Assembly: GCA_024682995.1 (NCBI GenBank)
Contig: JAIKYR010000071.1
Span: forward strand, 17,883-81,882
Source of the DNA: Bacteroidales bacterium
Lineage (GTDB): Bacteria; Bacteroidota; Bacteroidia; Bacteroidales; WCHB1-69
DNA length: 64,000 nt
Direction: 5' to 3'
Both the position numbers and the translations under genes were made by a program. Below the pieces are notes generated by a model. That model ran no database searches. It was given only the letters and a program-made list of their open reading frames with translations, and had not been told where the DNA came from. This document shows, in pieces, positions 63,901 to 64,000 of the stretch. Position 1 is the stretch's first letter. Every line of letters begins with the position of its first letter.

Positions 63901-64000
63901 CGGCTGAAAGCACGACGGGTGGCAGGACCGATCCGGAATTTTCAATGGGAGGTGTGGAACACCCGTCATAGACCGGTTCCTCATTCAGAACCGGTGCCAT
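54911..64000 (-). CDS. Giant RHS-repeat polymorphic toxin: SpvB/TcB-like N-region, FG-GAP/VCBS repeats, YD repeats, Rhs core and C-terminal toxin. The 5' end may lie beyond the window
   Basis: 3029-aa ORF running to the window edge. SpvB-type LALTYSSGGGNGWLCVGWDISIPSITVETRWGVPRY. DxNGDGxPD repeats (DLDGDGLADKV, DVNADGLPDLI, DFNGDGLPDLL). Many YD repeats (YEYDPSGN, YDYDMLGR). Core end YWYHPDHLGSS...DPDGED. Confidence 0.9.
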   Translation of the reverse strand: MAPVLNEEPVYDGCSTPPIENSGSVLPPVVLSADAMTELTPVQLPPLDAGMVNVTSNGQSEEDGAGQAGGYRLSLPVAGSECRIVIPYDPSLLPQGFTEDDIRTYVYDRQYRRWVAIQRDSVNGAELLVCSRFRPWKKGLPHTQDAMVNPQDALAQVQDMMSFASQGEGGGDSPLDFINAVLKTPEMPETSAYTPTSIKELKAADPLEGLTLMQPPTANNSGTANLSYPIEIPAGRQGMQPNLALTYSSGGGNGWLCVGWDISIPSITVETRWGVPRYDREKESEVYVYEGEQLVTMDGGGHFREMPHRTNQWTDRQDLDQDGHEQFYPRRNEAFDSIVRHGNGPDSYWWSVTHKNGVTDYYGKRHDTDSADYSAVLCDPATRNIAQWMITESVDPDGNWVRYYYSVETHSGTSNGNAGRQIYIDSIRYTGNARMSEDGIYVVVFNRKPDIPGRSDVSIAANRGFKEVTAATLCDVEIYNMAAPYHLPGIRSYHFRYSNDSTSHYKTRLSDVIRVDKPFEIPLCGMYTEADTMWPTTHFDYYDAPPSDKIFGEGKRINLTPYKDDVHSFFLTNAFGTEGDATALGGTRGKSWSIGGTATIGVGPVVPLTSFSVGGNFDYSRSRSEGALTLIDLDGDGLADKVFKKGKHLYYRRQIADGEYNFLYGNTLMIDGVADFLQESGSTTTWGLQASAGCAYSGSWPTSKSTTSTYFSDVNADGLPDLITDDGVLFNVTRKGGRVTFRNYYEISPNEEFGNPEEYMVSMPSDTCGGIIFDGEVSDSIGCLSRWTKDTVISCSNHTSDEAMEAIAWADSIAASGQYRYEIHDISDIENRKPFTIRMFRREIICGPFERTYTSWPDPELESVRVWVPQKNGTADILSFVRLLEDSSDSRRQSRWCDGVRYVVQLCRNVHAAGMALAASSVEILADRSIGADDYSLHEDSLLANLDTSDLLLFRLISGDNRAFDHVRWEQTIRYTNLSQPLFYDNTTLSDNYIPYGVNNGYYNSRHDFLLSGEKYFGAGKPDVVLLGQGGSDTLPQSIRPSVRIRTGQFYRLPVGQNPASLTIEITKSGLTTPYIIPVVNNMDSTWDLGHFLSVREKDSATVRFTLSSDNHFISSYYSCLYDWGEVSVSPCVRYAVSDTVTRGILVVTHDTLECHPPVQMLLDNMKGTAIDTLHHRLFGPLYRGWGQFVFHDTSGAGGSGTLPVERLVLPASVHPSDAAQATGDTSAIGSFVPCQDTAHAQESSSILNAYESAGAYHPLSASTGWVEMEPDFRHQAWVGFGNTCAILRDTMSNTRLAGFYCDTNTSDIADYDHPVPVVPAGLQVKTVRKQNISVMKNHSLSLSIPVMPISVGVSRSEGVNIVLTDYMDLNGDRYPDIIGPAYVQYSQPWGGIGSVRPLKFAEEGVTSSATLSRGANFGGSYSTPSRCVSNSPRGSKISFDGAGNAGANLGGGSDRTSFLWMDVNGDGLPDRASVAGSVLKVCLNTGYGFLPEEIWNIPAIRAGQSFNWGLSMGGSFNIGQASIGGGLGVNLSRNATDTMLTDFNGDGLPDLLVRTGNGIIKVRYAYGNGYWSPETAVAGMSDISYGHSYSESANASVTLGFTFFSILKVCAGISGSPYNRSFSKDSVQLTDINGDGYPDLVTSSSEDGMTVRYNRSAKTNLLRRVTNFTGSTIELDYDMPPSCYEKPQRSWNLARVETLNSDTLSPVGGNRTLTTFRYDNPNHNRRERMDYGYGKVTTRQHDTENNDSLYRYTVEEYENMQFSRRGRKTRECVYDAAGRPYVETLYDVVMADLTRPADTLPAGYEHCPAFLYKCRETEIRNYYEGDSVPHVTTALQREYDSRRNVTRYIHFGLGWNNPSHIAEYFAADISYIPSPGHNLISLPETIVVKDFNGSLLQERIAEYDAHGHLVRLTQVCHPQNAEYEFGYDIYGNLMHAVMPENASGQRLEYGYGYDNTAHAYPVEVDNLSLGFSSFAEYDYSFGKPTMTMDINGNEMRYAYDSLGRTVTITAPNELADSVPYTIRMEYHPYFRGMTGQGVSYACTYHYDPEYPGNDIRTTLVTDGLGRLLQTKKDAEVGGQEKSLVTGKVVYDCFGRTVAQYHPFVEDTVYAPLYNPQHDTTTATVTAYDILDRPVSQTVPYGLTTLTDYGFGAAGGVACFRTTVTDPMGNTVTTLKGGLGQQLKTTAPQNTVTLFGYDPLGRLVSSTDPDGFTTTYDYDMLGRMVHRNHPDAGDDVYEYDPSGNMTRHINGNGQTVDYAYVYNFLQSVLYSDHPANNVRYWYGGPGAPDNCAGKVMIREDGSGLQTFKYGNLGELTENIRIFVLPNEYRTYTFRMNYEYDSWNRIRRMIYPDWEEVAYHYDRGGMLQSIHGNKNGDARTYVEDISYNTYGLKETVLYGNGAHTYYQYDMLMRLLHLNSENGQGEVMQEIDYSYDSVGNITDILNNAGVLSNGLGGDYWNHYDYDNLYRLEHAEGFWNGGQLNYNLNMLYHPNGRIERKELYAEVMDHSGAVTVTDYEKSYLYHSAQPNTLKVVRDVLTGHHQYFYWDAAGNMTDHHDFEPGCARLLCWDEENRLMGFSDCHNAGFYQYDADGERTYKLTGGFVAQNVQGNWWSYNMLDNPTLYTSPYLVATPQGYTKHYYAESERVASRIGGGGLAEVSQVLDNVDFMLQNEYVIEDTVAWTFLEDPIPWGDMEELFSYYAMKKENTNLHLGDVMGCLNANPSVEENRLLDLRDYWREQVQTEPDCYWYHPDHLGSSSWITYTDGSAVQHLHYLPWGEDFVDQRTTSFNSMFTFSAKEKDSETGYSYFGSRYYSSDLSIWLSVDPMASKYPSLSPYVYCKNSPVVLFDPDGEDAVYIAFPDYEITVGKKKYKHLGHAGVLLIDNKTGLTKYYEYGRYDKEGKGEVRKITISNVKIGKDGKPTQESLNKVLKQISNKAGQRGRIEGAYVESDKFKEMDDYAKQKLNENSDPKRRSYSMFFNNCGTFADDVIKQDSEVKKKAPVILDPRPVSIIKEYQKKFTKITYDPVKE
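54914..55444 (-). other. C-terminal toxin domain of the main Rhs (177 aa), possibly LRAT-like permuted NlpC/P60 fold
   Basis: Starts after DPDGE; His-first KHLGHAGVLLID and Cys motif FFNNCGTFADDV resemble the LRAT/H-rev107 H...NCxxF arrangement; visibly AT-richer than the core. Confidence 0.4.
55445..55762 (-). repeat. Rhs core-end homology block (main copy); shorter or full copies at 53992-54312, 51952-52149 and 49860-50057
   Basis: Near-identical DNA, e.g. ggtagtgcagatgctgcacggcggagccgtc (main) against ggtagtgcaggtgctgcacggcggagccgtc (orphan 1). Confidence 0.8.

Overview
This window looks like a Bacteroidales chromosome segment. Support: repeated TAnnTTTG -7 promoter boxes, type IX secretion and gliding genes (PorQ, GldD, a T9SS C-terminal sorting domain), an S46 peptidase and a FISUMP-domain protein. 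All family names come from motifs read by eye; no database search or HMM was run.

Most of 13.5-48.4 kb is ordinary housekeeping sequence: lpxH, aroK, pheS, cdaA, lplA, rlmD, nadD, rfbC, lspA, rpoD, rplU/rpmA, holA, tRNA-Asn and tRNA-Cys.

Two accessory regions stand out.

1. **Island at 2.3-13.3 kb, between pyrG and tRNA-Asn, with no integrase.**
   - Three direct copies of a segment of one small gene bracket two cassettes: a solitary DUF4143-type AAA ATPase, and an AbiL/PARIS-like ATPase plus RloB/Toprim pair.
   - Further along are an AT-rich three-gene operon of unknown function and a rod-like hairpin that is either a small RNA or a MITE.
   - A second DUF4143-type ATPase is flanked by 39-bp direct repeats.
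   - A Ser/Thr kinase and an HTH-like gene complete the island. A 20-bp tandem GAACC motif is shared by two promoters here.

2. **Polymorphic-toxin locus at 48.4-64 kb.**
   - A protein of more than 3000 aa fuses SpvB/TcB-like, FG-GAP and RHS/YD regions and carries an AT-rich C-terminal toxin, followed by a membrane immunity gene.
   - Three orphan Rhs-tip toxin plus immunity cassettes follow.
   - Two orphans start exactly where a GC-rich hairpin-module repeat ends.

A DUF559 endonuclease-like gene flanked by 47-bp inverted repeats sits at about 27 kb.
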